Translations under genes and position numbers: made by a program
The notes under the pieces: model-generated
What the model saw: the letters and a program-made list of their open reading frames with translations, nothing else
Databases searched by the model: none
What the model was told of the DNA's origin: nothing
Part shown: positions 22,877-32,317 of the stretch, one piece after another
Numbering within the stretch: the stretch's first letter is position 1
Layout: each line of letters starts with the position of its first letter
Source of the DNA: Candidatus Eiseniibacteriota bacterium
GTDB lineage: Bacteria; Eisenbacteria; RBG-16-71-46
Assembly: GCA_963776245.1 (NCBI GenBank)
Contig: CAVZLN010000006.1
Coordinates: forward strand, 704,001-768,000
Reading direction: 5' to 3'
DNA: 64,000 nt

Positions 22877-23470
22877 TCAGCGCCCGGTCACGCCGGGCGC
22901 CTTCGGCGCGGTGCCAGCCGCCTGCTTCGCAGCGGCCGTCTCGATCGCGGCGCGCAGGTCCTTCGCGTCGTCGGTGGCGCCGAGCCGTTCCAGCCAGCCG
23001 AGCTGCTCGCGCGCGTGCTCGAGATCGCCGACCTCGACGTAGGCCTCGCCCACGTACTCGCGCGCCGGGGCGTAGTCGGGCTTGAGCGCCAGGCACTTCT
23101 CGTAGGCCGCGAAAGCGGCCTTGTAGTCGCCGGTCTTGCGCGCCGAGTAGCCGGCGAGGTTCCAGGCCTCGTGGAACTTCGGGTCGAGCGCGACGGCGCG
23201 TTCGGCACGCTCGCGCGCGCGCCTGAAGTACTTCTCGGCGCTCGCGGTCCGACCGTGGTCGAGGTCGTCACGCCCCTTGCGGACGTCCTTGAACGCGTCC
23301 CCGTACCAGCGCTCGGCCTCGTGGCGGGGCGAGGCCGCGTCCGCGGTCCCCTGCGGCTGGTCGGGCTGGGAGGTCGGCTCGGGCTTCGACCATCCCCCTC
23401 CCGAAGCGAGGGCGGTGGTGGCGGACAGTACGGCGGCGAGCAGGGCGACGGGCAGAACGGGCTTGCGCAT
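22877..23470 (-). CDS. exported tetratricopeptide repeat protein
   Basis: Signal peptide; TPR patterns AVALDPKFHEAWNLAG and CLALKPDYAPAREYVGEAY. Confidence 0.85.
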   Translation of the reverse strand: MRKPVLPVALLAAVLSATTALASGGGWSKPEPTSQPDQPQGTADAASPRHEAERWYGDAFKDVRKGRDDLDHGRTASAEKYFRRARERAERAVALDPKFHEAWNLAGYSARKTGDYKAAFAAYEKCLALKPDYAPAREYVGEAYVEVGDLEHAREQLGWLERLGATDDAKDLRAAIETAAAKQAAGTAPKAPGVTGR

Positions 23471-23671
23471 GGAGGCCTCGTGGGTGGGGTCCATCGATGA
23501 CCGGTACGGTCTTATGATGCGCCCCGGCCCGCGAGGAGCCATGCGCGATCGGGCCGGGTCGCGACCCCGGCCGGGGTTGGGCCTCCGGGTTCGCCTGCGC
23601 TAGTCTCGCCCCGGCAGTCGCGACACCATCCCCGGTGCGCGGCAGGCGGGACCCCGGACCTGGAGGGACGC

Positions 23672-24502
23672 GTGACATCATCGCTGGCCGCTGTCCTCGC
23701 CACGGTTCTCGCCGCCGCCTCGCCCACGCTCCCGTCACGCGCTCCGGAAGACGCCGCGCGCGCGCTGGTCGAGGCGGAGCACGCGTTCGCGCGGCTGGCC
23801 GCCACCACCAGCACGCGCGACGCGTTCCTCGCGGTGCTGGACGACAGTGGCGTGGTGTTCCGTCCCACCGCGGTGAACGGCAAGCGGGCGTTCGGCGCGC
23901 AACCCGCGCGGCCGAGCGTGCTGGCGTGGGAGCCCGAGTACGCCGAGGTCTCCGCGGCCGGGGACCTGGGGTACACCACCGGGCCGTGGTCCTTCCGGCC
24001 GGGTCCGGCCGACACCGCCGTCGCGTACGGACACTACGTCTCCATCTGGCGCACCGACGCCGGCGGAGCGTGGCGATTGCTGGTGGACCTGGGGGTGTCC
24101 CACGCGGCGCCGCCGACCCTCACGCCCCCCCTGGAGCTGCGTGCCCCACGTGGCGCGGGTTCGCCGGCGCACCCGCGCGCGCTCGACCTCGCATCGCTCA
24201 AAGCGGCGGAGAGCGCGCTGCAGGGTGACGACGCGCTGGTCGCCGCGGCCGCGCCCGATGTCCGGGTGTATCACGGCGAACTCCCCCCCGCGCGCGGGCT
24301 CGCCGCCGGCGCGCCGCGGCTGCGCCATGCCGCCGCCGGGGCGCGCTGGCAGGTCGAGGCCTGCGAGGTGGCACGTTCCGGCGATCTCGGGTACGCGCGC
24401 GGGCTGGTGATGACCGCGGCCGACACCGCGTCCTACGTCCGTGTGTGGCGTCGCGAGAGTGGCCGCTGGCGGGTGGCGCTCGACATCGAGGCGCCGAAAT
24501 GA
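23672..24502 (+). CDS. exported tandem NTF2/SnoaL-like (DUF4440-like) protein
   Basis: Two repeats: VSAAGDLGYTTG...YVSIWR and VARSGDLGYARG...YVRVWR; GGAGG RBS. Confidence 0.85.
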   Translation: MTSSLAAVLATVLAAASPTLPSRAPEDAARALVEAEHAFARLAATTSTRDAFLAVLDDSGVVFRPTAVNGKRAFGAQPARPSVLAWEPEYAEVSAAGDLGYTTGPWSFRPGPADTAVAYGHYVSIWRTDAGGAWRLLVDLGVSHAAPPTLTPPLELRAPRGAGSPAHPRALDLASLKAAESALQGDDALVAAAAPDVRVYHGELPPARGLAAGAPRLRHAAAGARWQVEACEVARSGDLGYARGLVMTAADTASYVRVWRRESGRWRVALDIEAPK

Positions 24503-24972
24503 ATCGCCCCGCCGATCCGGTGTCCACGCCCACTCTCACGCTGCTCCGTGTGATCTGGCTGGGGCTGGCCGTCGCGCCCGTCAGCTACCTGTCAGTCGCG
24601 TTCCTGACGCGCCCAGGCAGCCCGCTGACCGTGAGCCTGCCCGACCCCTGGAACCCGCTCGAGCTCGTGCTCACCATCGCATCGCTGGTGGCGATCGCCG
24701 CCGGCTTCGTGGTGCCCCGCCTCAGCGGCTCCGGCGTGCGCCGCCAGCTCGGGGACCTGCCACCGGTGGACGACGACGAGCGCGCCCGTGCCGTGCAGCC
24801 GGTGCTGATCTCGCGCTGGGCGATGTTCGAGTCGGTCGCGATCTACGGCTTCGTCATCGTGTTGGCCGGCTCACCGCCCTCGCGCGCGGTCCCGTTCGCG
24901 GCCGTGGCGATGGCGCTCCTGCTGGCGCACCCGCCCAGCCGGGCGCACGTGGACGCGCTGCTGGGCGAGTGA
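24499..24972 (+). CDS. hypothetical membrane protein
   Basis: ATGA overlap with upstream gene; about 4 TM segments; WAMFESVAIYG. Confidence 0.7.
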   Translation: MNRPADPVSTPTLTLLRVIWLGLAVAPVSYLSVAFLTRPGSPLTVSLPDPWNPLELVLTIASLVAIAAGFVVPRLSGSGVRRQLGDLPPVDDDERARAVQPVLISRWAMFESVAIYGFVIVLAGSPPSRAVPFAAVAMALLLAHPPSRAHVDALLGE

Positions 24973-25117
24973 CCCGCGGCGCGGTCCGCCGCGGGCGCAC
25001 GCCGGCCGGACCCGCTACCCTGCGGGCGCGTACCCATTCGGTGGACCGGGACACGGGAACCCCGGGCCGATCCATGGCGGCGAGTTCGTGGACGAGCCCC
25101 CTTCGAGGAGACGGCGC

Positions 25118-25624
25118 ATGAGAGCGATCGGATTGGCGGTGCTGGCCGGGGCGTGCTGGGGCGTCGGCGAGTTGTGCACGAAGATGGTCCTGCAGACGCA
25201 TCACGTCGGCCCGCTCACGGCCATCGCGCTGCGCTCCACGGTGGCGCTCCCGCTGCTCTGGGTGGCCTACCTCGTGGCAGTGCCGATGCTCGGCGCCGAG
25301 CCGACCGGGTGGTGGCGCACGCTCGAGGGCGCCGACATCGCGAAGCTCGTGCTCGGCTCCGGCCTGCTCGCCGGCGCGGGCGGCATGATCTGCTTCTACG
25401 CGGCGCTCAATCTCGACGACATCTCGCGCATCAAGCCGATCGCGTTCACGGTCGCCCCCGCGGTCGCGGTGCTGCTGGGCTGGCTGGTGCTGCGCGAGCC
25501 GATGACGGTGCGCAAGGCCGTCGCGGTGGCGATGATCCTCGCGGGGGTGGTGCTGCTCACCGGCGGCCCGGCGAAGCCCGCCGCGGCGGCGGCCCCGGCC
25601 GCACCACCCTCCGCGGCGCGCTGA
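25118..25624 (+). CDS. EamA/DMT family transporter (single repeat)
   Basis: About 5 TM segments; WGVG, FYAAL, LGWLVLREP-x5-A. Confidence 0.85.
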   Translation: MRAIGLAVLAGACWGVGELCTKMVLQTHHVGPLTAIALRSTVALPLLWVAYLVAVPMLGAEPTGWWRTLEGADIAKLVLGSGLLAGAGGMICFYAALNLDDISRIKPIAFTVAPAVAVLLGWLVLREPMTVRKAVAVAMILAGVVLLTGGPAKPAAAAAPAAPPSAAR

Positions 25625-25633
25625 GCGGGGCCG

Positions 25634-27670
25634 TCAGACCGCGAACGCCTCCGCCTGCCACGCCAGCCCCAGTTCGCCGGGGGGCGCCATGTAGCCGAGC
25701 AGCGCGCTCGCGGCCACCACTGACGGGCTCGCGAGGTAGCCTTCGCCGCCGAGCCCCATGCGGTTGGTCCAGTTCCGATTGAACGTGGTGATCGCGCGCT
25801 GTCCACGGCCCAGCGCATCCGGGCCCTGCCCGAAGCACGGGCCGCACCAGCTCGGGCGGATCTGCCCGCCGGCGGCGCGGAACACCGCGGCGATGCTCTC
25901 GCCGCCGAGACGCGCGTCGGCCCGCTCGATCTGCGCCTTCACCCCGCCCGAGCCCGGGAAGATGACGAACTCCTTCACCGCCTTCGCCAGCCCCTGCGCG
26001 CGCGCCGCCCGCAGCACCAGCGCCGCGCTCAGCAGGTCGTCGTACGAGCCATTGGTGCACGAGCCGATCATCGCCTTGTCGAACGTGATCCGCTCCTTCG
26101 CCACCTCCTCGGCCGGGAACGCGTTGCCGGGGCTGAACGGCTTGGCGATCATCGGCCGCACCTCGGGCAGCGACAGCGTCTCGTCGATCTCCCACGCCAC
26201 GTCGGCGCCCGGGGCGATGCGCGGATAGGGCAGCCCGGTCATGCCCTTGGCGCGATACCAGGCGTACGTGATGTCGTCGGGCGCGAAGATGCCGTTGTAG
26301 CTCTCGGCCTCCGCCATCATGTTGCAGATGGTGTTGCGGAACGCGATCGGCAGCTGGCGGTCGGCGTCCACGAACTCCACGCTCATCCCCTGCGACTGCC
26401 GGGCGCCCCAGCGGCGCAGCAGCTCGAGCACCAGGTCCTTCCCCGTCACCCACGGTTGGAGCGCGCCGCGGAACGTCACCCGGCGCGGCTTCGCCACCGT
26501 GGTGTAGATGTAGCCGGTGCTCCACCCGAAGCCGAGCGTGGTCGATCCCACGCCGATGCCGATGGCGCCGTACGCGCCATAGGCGCGGCTGTGCGAATCG
26601 GCGCCGGGGATGAACGCCCCCGGCAGCACCAGCCCCTGTTCGGGGAAGTAGAAGTGGAAGATGCCGTCGCCGGGCGTGGCGTAGTAGGGCTTGCCGATGC
26701 CGTGCTGGGCCGCGAAGGCGCGGCCGATGGCGGTCTGCCGGTCGTCGGCGTCCACCCCGGTGAACACGAAGTGATCGTTGGCGACCGCGAGCTGGCGCGC
26801 GTCGATGCTGGCGCCGCCGGTGATCTGGTTGAAGGTGTGGATGGCGAAGGGCGCGGTGCCGTCCGAGGCCGGCAGCAGATCGGCGTACGCGCGCAGCGTC
26901 GCGCCCGGCGTCACCGCGGCGTCGCGATCGACCCGATGGGCCCACAGGATCTGCTCGGTCGTGGTCAGGCGGCGCGCGGTCTCGGGGTCCGGCCATGCCA
27001 CCGCGGGCACGCGCTCGACCGAGGCGCGGAACTCGCGACGCCCGGCCGCGAAGATCCCTCCGCTGCGGCGGATCTCGTCCTCCTTCGCGGTCAGCGGCAC
27101 CGGGGCGTAGGCCTTCCCCTGGGTCACGTTGCGCAGCGCGCGGGAGCCGGGCTCGAATTCGAACGTGTCGCCGTCGCGCGCCTCGGCCACGGCCTCGGGC
27201 GACTGCACCACGTGGAGCCCGAGGTTGAAGGCATTGCGGCGGAAGATGTCGCCCATGTTGTTCCCGCACACCACCACCAGCTCGAGCCCGGCCTCCTCGG
27301 CCACGCCCTTGAGACCCGCGGGGCTCATCTCGCGCGATGAGCCGATGGCGAACCGGTCGCCGGCGATCACGAAGGTCTCGCCGCGGTGCACCCGCGCGCG
27401 GAACTCGGGCATCAGGTGACGGAAGCTGCCGGCCTTCCAGCGCTCGTCGAGGGTCTCGAGGCTCTCCGAGACGCAGTCCGCGGCGGGCGTGATCTGGTCG
27501 GTGTCGATGGCGTCGAGCTTGCGGCCCGGCGCCTTCGGGTCCCAGAAGATGAGCGCCTGCCCGCGCAGCACGCGCCCCGCGACCTCGGTGGCGGAATCGG
27601 CCTCGCGCGGTCCGGGCAGGGTCGCGAGCGTCACGCCCGGCTTGAGCCGCGCGGGCTGGATGGAGTGCAT
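25634..27670 (-). CDS. aconitase-superfamily hydro-lyase, swivel (LeuD/HacB-like) fused N-terminal to large subunit (LeuC/HacA-like)
   Basis: IDTDQI, GSSRE, IFRRNAFNLG, then DSHS, IGSCTNG, WCGPCFG, NRNW, YLASP. Confidence 0.9.
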   Translation of the reverse strand: MHSIQPARLKPGVTLATLPGPREADSATEVAGRVLRGQALIFWDPKAPGRKLDAIDTDQITPAADCVSESLETLDERWKAGSFRHLMPEFRARVHRGETFVIAGDRFAIGSSREMSPAGLKGVAEEAGLELVVVCGNNMGDIFRRNAFNLGLHVVQSPEAVAEARDGDTFEFEPGSRALRNVTQGKAYAPVPLTAKEDEIRRSGGIFAAGRREFRASVERVPAVAWPDPETARRLTTTEQILWAHRVDRDAAVTPGATLRAYADLLPASDGTAPFAIHTFNQITGGASIDARQLAVANDHFVFTGVDADDRQTAIGRAFAAQHGIGKPYYATPGDGIFHFYFPEQGLVLPGAFIPGADSHSRAYGAYGAIGIGVGSTTLGFGWSTGYIYTTVAKPRRVTFRGALQPWVTGKDLVLELLRRWGARQSQGMSVEFVDADRQLPIAFRNTICNMMAEAESYNGIFAPDDITYAWYRAKGMTGLPYPRIAPGADVAWEIDETLSLPEVRPMIAKPFSPGNAFPAEEVAKERITFDKAMIGSCTNGSYDDLLSAALVLRAARAQGLAKAVKEFVIFPGSGGVKAQIERADARLGGESIAAVFRAAGGQIRPSWCGPCFGQGPDALGRGQRAITTFNRNWTNRMGLGGEGYLASPSVVAASALLGYMAPPGELGLAWQAEAFAV

Positions 27671-27885
27671 GCGCAGTGCTCCTTGGCGCGGGGTCCGTGC
27701 GAGCGGCGAGGGAAGATGCGCCGGATGCTAGCGCGCGGGCTCGGCGCGTGTCCACATCCGTCGGGCGGGAATGGTCGCGCGGTCCAACGGAGTCTGGCGC
27801 GGGCGCCGCCTCTCCGCCTTCCTCGACCGTCATGGCGAGGTCCATGAGATCACACTCTAGAGAGACGGTAGTTTCCCGACACCAC

Positions 27886-28308
27886 CTACGAAGAAGGAAC
27901 GCCGCCGTCCGTACGTCGCTGAATTACCACGGCAACTAGCCCGACAAGCGCACCCAGGATCGTCGCCCAGACGCCGATCAAGAGGTAGACAGCAACCGCG
28001 GCTATTGCCATGGCCTGGTCTTCTCCGTTACCCGGATTGCGTCGTGAGAGTGAGAAGATGTTCCAGAGCTCGGGAATGTGCTGGGCTGCCTGCGTCACAA
28101 TGCCCGCAAGTGCCCCTCCGACAATCCCACGCCAGAGACGCGGGCTGGGCTGCCGCCCAACCACGATCCACCAGATCAGCGGTGTCAGCAGCACCGTCTG
28201 CAGGAACTGCCCTCGGGCAACAGACCAATCAATGAGCAACCACCAAGTTGTGGTCGACACGAGGACGAATAGCGCTGTCGCCAACCACGTCCTTCGGAGC
28301 ACCGTCAT
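27886..28308 (-). CDS. hypothetical 4-TM membrane protein, paralogue B
   Basis: GAGGTGG RBS; clearly similar to the adjacent gene; lower GC. Confidence 0.75.
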   Translation of the reverse strand: MTVLRRTWLATALFVLVSTTTWWLLIDWSVARGQFLQTVLLTPLIWWIVVGRQPSPRLWRGIVGGALAGIVTQAAQHIPELWNIFSLSRRNPGNGEDQAMAIAAVAVYLLIGVWATILGALVGLVAVVIQRRTDGGVPSS

Positions 28309-28322
28309 GGCCACCTCACCAC

Positions 28323-28739
28323 TCACGAAGAGGGAACGCGGCCGTCCATGCGGCGCTGAATTGCCGCAGCAACTAATCCGACAAGGGCCCCCAGGATGAT
28401 CGCCCAGAAGCAGATCAGTAGAAGGACGGCGAGCGCGGCCATCGCGCCGAACCCTTCATCCCCCTTATACGTTCCCCGGCGTGAGACGAGGCCCCAGATC
28501 AGCGGAATGTTCTCGGCGGCCTGCGTCACAAAGCCAGTGAGTGCTCCTCCGACGATCCCTCGCCAGAGACGCGGCTTGGGTTGCCACCCGACCAAGACCC
28601 ACCAGACGAGCGGCGTGAGAAACAGGGTTGGAAGGACATGCCTCCAAGCGGCCTCCCAATCGATAAACCTCTGCCAGGCCACAATCGAAGCTAGGACGAA
28701 CATCGCCGTAGCCATCCACGTCCTTCGGAGCAGTGTCAT
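28323..28739 (-). CDS. hypothetical 4-TM membrane protein, paralogue A
   Basis: MTLLRRTW...PRLWRGIVGGAL...IQRRMDGRVPSS; same RBS context as paralogue B. Confidence 0.75.
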   Translation of the reverse strand: MTLLRRTWMATAMFVLASIVAWQRFIDWEAAWRHVLPTLFLTPLVWWVLVGWQPKPRLWRGIVGGALTGFVTQAAENIPLIWGLVSRRGTYKGDEGFGAMAALAVLLLICFWAIILGALVGLVAAAIQRRMDGRVPSS

Positions 28740-28763
28740 GGCCACCTCGCCTCACTGCGGCAG

Positions 28764-28895
28764 CTAGGGTCGCAGGATGATCCTTCTCCAGAGTCTCTCT
28801 TCACCGACCTTCAGCTGGCAAAGATACACGCCGGGACTGAGTCGTTGGCCTGACGCGCCTCACCCGTCCCACTCCACGGAATGATCACCTGGCGG
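28764..28895 (-). pseudogene. remnant 3' end of a FlgD-Ig/T9SS-like C-terminal domain gene with internal TGA
   Basis: Hand translation PPGDHSVEWDG*GASGQRLSPGVYLCQLKVGEERLWRRIILRP* matches the WDG-x3-G-x4-G-x-Y tails of the genes at 15740 and 18935. Confidence 0.6.
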
Positions 28896-28969
28896 TCCGG
28901 GTCGCGCCCGGGGGCATCGCGGGGGAAGGAAGGGCGGCGCGGACGAGGGCCCGCTCCGCCGGCGCCGCC

Positions 28970-29503
28970 TCAGTCCTCGACGACGTCCTCGGCGCGCGAA
29001 CGTCCGGCGTCGGGGGTCACCGGGCGGGGCGACTGCTCGAACACGCGCGTGGAACTGACGCGCTGCTTGTTCACCAGCCGCACCCCGTCGGTGCACACGA
29101 GCGCGAAGTAGTCGCCGGCGGCGTTGAGGAAGTCCGAGGCGCGATTCAGGTCCTCGGGCAGCTCGATGAGGATGCGGCCCGACAGCTCGCGGCCGCTGCA
29201 CAGGCGCACGTGCACGCGCTCCTCGCGCGTCACCTGCCACGCCGGCGGCCACACCAGCTTCTCGGGCACTCCCCGGCCGGGCTCCACCAGCTCGATCTCG
29301 AGCCGCTGGACGAGCAGGATCGCGGCATCGCGCTCGCGCTGGAACGGCACCACGCGGTCGTGCGTGTTGAGCCGCTCGAGCAGCGTCTCGGGCCCGGCGT
29401 GGAACTCCGCCTGGGGACCGAGCGCGAGCGTGCCGTCCATGGGTGGCTCGTGCGGCAACCACAGGCGCACGGCGACCCGGAGCTTCTCGATGTGCTTGGG
29501 CAT
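28970..29503 (-). CDS. hypothetical protein with internal duplication (DUF6812-like)
   Basis: Halves LLERLNTHDRVVPF...LLVQRLEI and RASDFLNAAGDYFAL...LVNKQRV; GAGAGG RBS. Confidence 0.65.
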   Translation of the reverse strand: MPKHIEKLRVAVRLWLPHEPPMDGTLALGPQAEFHAGPETLLERLNTHDRVVPFQRERDAAILLVQRLEIELVEPGRGVPEKLVWPPAWQVTREERVHVRLCSGRELSGRILIELPEDLNRASDFLNAAGDYFALVCTDGVRLVNKQRVSSTRVFEQSPRPVTPDAGRSRAEDVVED

Positions 29504-29715
29504 GGGCCTCTCGTCCGGGAACAGGGATCCTCGGCCAAGGTATCGGCCGCCCGGGGGGCGGAGTTGACGCCCTCCTGTCCCCCGGTCATTTGGCGCTGGG
29601 GGGAGCGCCCCGGGCAGCCGACAACAGGCTCGGGCGGGTGTCCCTGCGTCCGATGGGGCGCGACGGTCCGGCCCCCACGCGCAGGCGCCGCACGGCTCCA
29701 CCACCCGGGGGACCC

Positions 29716-30798
29716 ATGGCTCGCATCGACGCCATCCTCAAGCTCGTCAAGGAACAGGGCGCCTCCGACCTGCACATGACCACGGGCGCGCCGCCGATCA
29801 TGCGCATCCATGGCGCCATCACCCCCATCCCCAACGAGCCGTTGACCCGCGAGCTCACCGAACTGCTGCTGTTCGAGATGATGGACGCCGACATCCGCGC
29901 CCGTTACGACCAGATGAGGGACGTGGACTTCTCCTACGAGGTCGCGGGCGTGGTGCGCGTGCGCTGCAACATCTACGAGCAGTCGCGCGGGGTCGCGGGC
30001 GCGTTCCGCATCCTGCCCAACCAGATCCTGTCGCTCGACCAGCTCGGCCTGCCTCCCCAGGTGGCGCGGCTCACCGAGATGGCGCGCGGGCTGGTGCTGG
30101 TCACCGGCCCTCCCGGCACCGGCAAGACGAGCACGCTCGCGGCGATGCTCGACCACATCAACCGCAACCAGGCGAAGCACATCCTCACCATCGAGGACCC
30201 GATCGAGTACCGCCACCAGAACAAGCTCTCGCTGGTGACCCAGCGGGAGGTCGGGCGCCACACGCCGTCGTTCGCGCAGGCGCTGCGCGCGGCGTTGCGC
30301 GAGGACCCGGACGTGATCCTGGTGGGCGAGATGCGCGATCCCGAGACCATGCAGCTGGCGATCACCGCGGCCGCGACCGGCCAGCTGGTGTTCGGCACGC
30401 TCCACACCATGAGCGCGGCGCAGACCGTGGACCGCATGATCGACTCCTTCGACGGCGAGAAGCAGGCCCAGGTGCGCCTGATGCTCGCGGAGTCGCTCAA
30501 GGGCGTGCTCGCCCAGCGCCTGCTGCGCAAGCAGGACGGCAAGGGCCGCGCGCTCGCGGTCGAGATCCTGGGCGGCAACTCCGCCGTCTCCTCGCTCATC
30601 CGCGAGAAGAAGACCTTCCAGCTGGGCTCGGTCATCCAGACCGGCAAGCGCGAGGGCATGCAGACCATGGACGAGAGCGTGATCGCGCTGGTGCGCGCCG
30701 GCGAGGTGGCCGCCGAGGACGCGGCGCCGCATCTCGTCAACCGCGAGCTGCTCGCGCCCTTCGAACGCGGCGCGGGGCCCCGCGCGCAGGCGGCGTGA
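29716..30798 (+). CDS. pilT: type IV pilus twitching motility ATPase
   Basis: GASDLH, Walker [42 protein letters not shown]. Confidence 0.95.
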   Translation: MARIDAILKLVKEQGASDLHMTTGAPPIMRIHGAITPIPNEPLTRELTELLLFEMMDADIRARYDQMRDVDFSYEVAGVVRVRCNIYEQSRGVAGAFRILPNQILSLDQLGLPPQVARLTEMARGLVLVTGPPGTGKTSTLAAMLDHINRNQAKHILTIEDPIEYRHQNKLSLVTQREVGRHTPSFAQALRAALREDPDVILVGEMRDPETMQLAITAAATGQLVFGTLHTMSAAQTVDRMIDSFDGEKQAQVRLMLAESLKGVLAQRLLRKQDGKGRALAVEILGGNSAVSSLIREKKTFQLGSVIQTGKREGMQTMDESVIALVRAGEVAAEDAAPHLVNRELLAPFERGAGPRAQAA

Positions 30799-32138
30799 TG
30801 GGCGCGTCCAGCAACTTCGGCGGCGAGCTCGGGCTGGTCGGGCTGTTCGACCTGGGGCAATTGCTCATGCTGAATCGCGCCACCGGCTGCCTCGCGGTGG
30901 TGGACGGCGCGCGCAAGGGCTACTTCTACTTCCGCGACGGCCGCATCATCAACGCGGTGGACGAGGACTTCCGCGAGGGCGAGGCCGCGGCGTTCCACCT
31001 GTTCACGTGGCGCACCGGTCGTTTCGATTTCCGTCCCGAGCCGCCCGGCGGCGACGGCCTGATCGACGTCGGCACCGAGGCGCTGATGCTCGAGGCCGCG
31101 CGCCGGATGGACGAAGCCGGACCGGGGGGCGAGGGCGCGGGCGAGGCCGGCCGGTTGCGCGAGCGGCAGGGCACCATGGAGGCGCTGCGCGAGGCGTTCA
31201 CGAGCGTGGCGCGCGAGGCGCGCGGGCTCACCCCCGCGGCGAGCGCGGTCGCGCCCGCGGGCCAGCTCGACGCGCTGCGCCACCCCGGCGACCGCCTGCT
31301 GTTCCGTCCCGGCCGGCCGGCCCGCCTCCGCACCCACGGCCTGTGGCGCGTGGCGCGCGACGCCGCGCTCTCGAACGCGGACTACGAGGACCTGCGGGCT
31401 CGCCTGCTCGGCCCGGACGGCCTCGAAGGCCCGACCGACGGTCCGCGCTGCGCCGTCACGCGTCTCGCCGATGGCCGCGCGTTCGAGGTCACGTTGGTGG
31501 CGGGCGCCGATGGCGAATCGCTCTGGCTGCGTCCCGCCGACCTCGAGCCGCCCGCGCTCGAAGGCGCGAGCGAGCGCCTCGACGCCGCGTTCGGCGCAAG
31601 GCGCGCGCTGGTGGTGGTGGGCGGCGAGGACCCCGACCAGGTGTCACGGCTGGTGCACGCGATGCTGGCGTGGCGGCTCGGGCAGGGCGACTCCGTGCTG
31701 CTGGCGGCCGACCACCCCGGCTGGCATCACGACGAAGGGCCGGGCGCGCTCATGGTGGCGAGCCCCGCGCAACTGGGCGCCGCGCTGGCGGCGATGGAGC
31801 CGGTCACGCTGGTGCTCGACCTGACGCAGGCCGCACCCGAGGGCGCCCTCGAGGCGCTCGACGGCGTGCGTCACATCGTGACGCGGGTGCCCGACACCGC
31901 GCGCCGGGCGATGGGGTCGCGCTGGACCGAACGTCTCGCGGCCGCGGACGCGCAGCGGGCCACCGCGCATCTCTCCGGCGCCGAGGTGGTGTGCGTGCGG
32001 GCGTGCGCCGGCAGCGCCGAGGACCGAGTCGGCTTCGAGGTGCTCGATTCCGCCACCGGCGCGCGCGAGCGCGAGCTGCTCGCCGAGGCCACCTCACTGG
32101 CCGACGCGCTCGACCAGCGCCCCCGCCGCGCCGCCTGA
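30795..32138 (+). CDS. DUF4388 (PATAN-like) domain fused to a degenerate PilT-like domain
   Basis: GEL-x4-LFDLGQLL-x4-ATGCL...YFRDGRII...WRTGRFDF...[11 protein letters not shown]; remainder aligns by eye to the adjacent PilT without Walker motifs. Confidence 0.8.
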   Translation: MMGASSNFGGELGLVGLFDLGQLLMLNRATGCLAVVDGARKGYFYFRDGRIINAVDEDFREGEAAAFHLFTWRTGRFDFRPEPPGGDGLIDVGTEALMLEAARRMDEAGPGGEGAGEAGRLRERQGTMEALREAFTSVAREARGLTPAASAVAPAGQLDALRHPGDRLLFRPGRPARLRTHGLWRVARDAALSNADYEDLRARLLGPDGLEGPTDGPRCAVTRLADGRAFEVTLVAGADGESLWLRPADLEPPALEGASERLDAAFGARRALVVVGGEDPDQVSRLVHAMLAWRLGQGDSVLLAADHPGWHHDEGPGALMVASPAQLGAALAAMEPVTLVLDLTQAAPEGALEALDGVRHIVTRVPDTARRAMGSRWTERLAAADAQRATAHLSGAEVVCVRACAGSAEDRVGFEVLDSATGARERELLAEATSLADALDQRPRRAA

Positions 32139-32317
32139 GCGCCGCGTCCCCCGCGCCGTTTCCCAGCGGCGAACGCGTGTGCGCGCCGGGACCGTCGCGC
32201 CGCGCGATCCGAACCGAATCGCGGTCGCGGCGCATCGAATCCCCAACACCCGGGCCACCGCCATCTCCCGGGCCGCGTCCCCGCCGCCGGGGGCGCGGCC
32301 CCATCCCTTCGGATCGC

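Noticed and set aside
28860..28862. In-frame TGA in the FlgD-like fragment as a second selenocysteine
   Set aside because: The position corresponds to Arg in WDGR, there is no Cys/redox context and no gene body upstream; a nonsense change is more likely.
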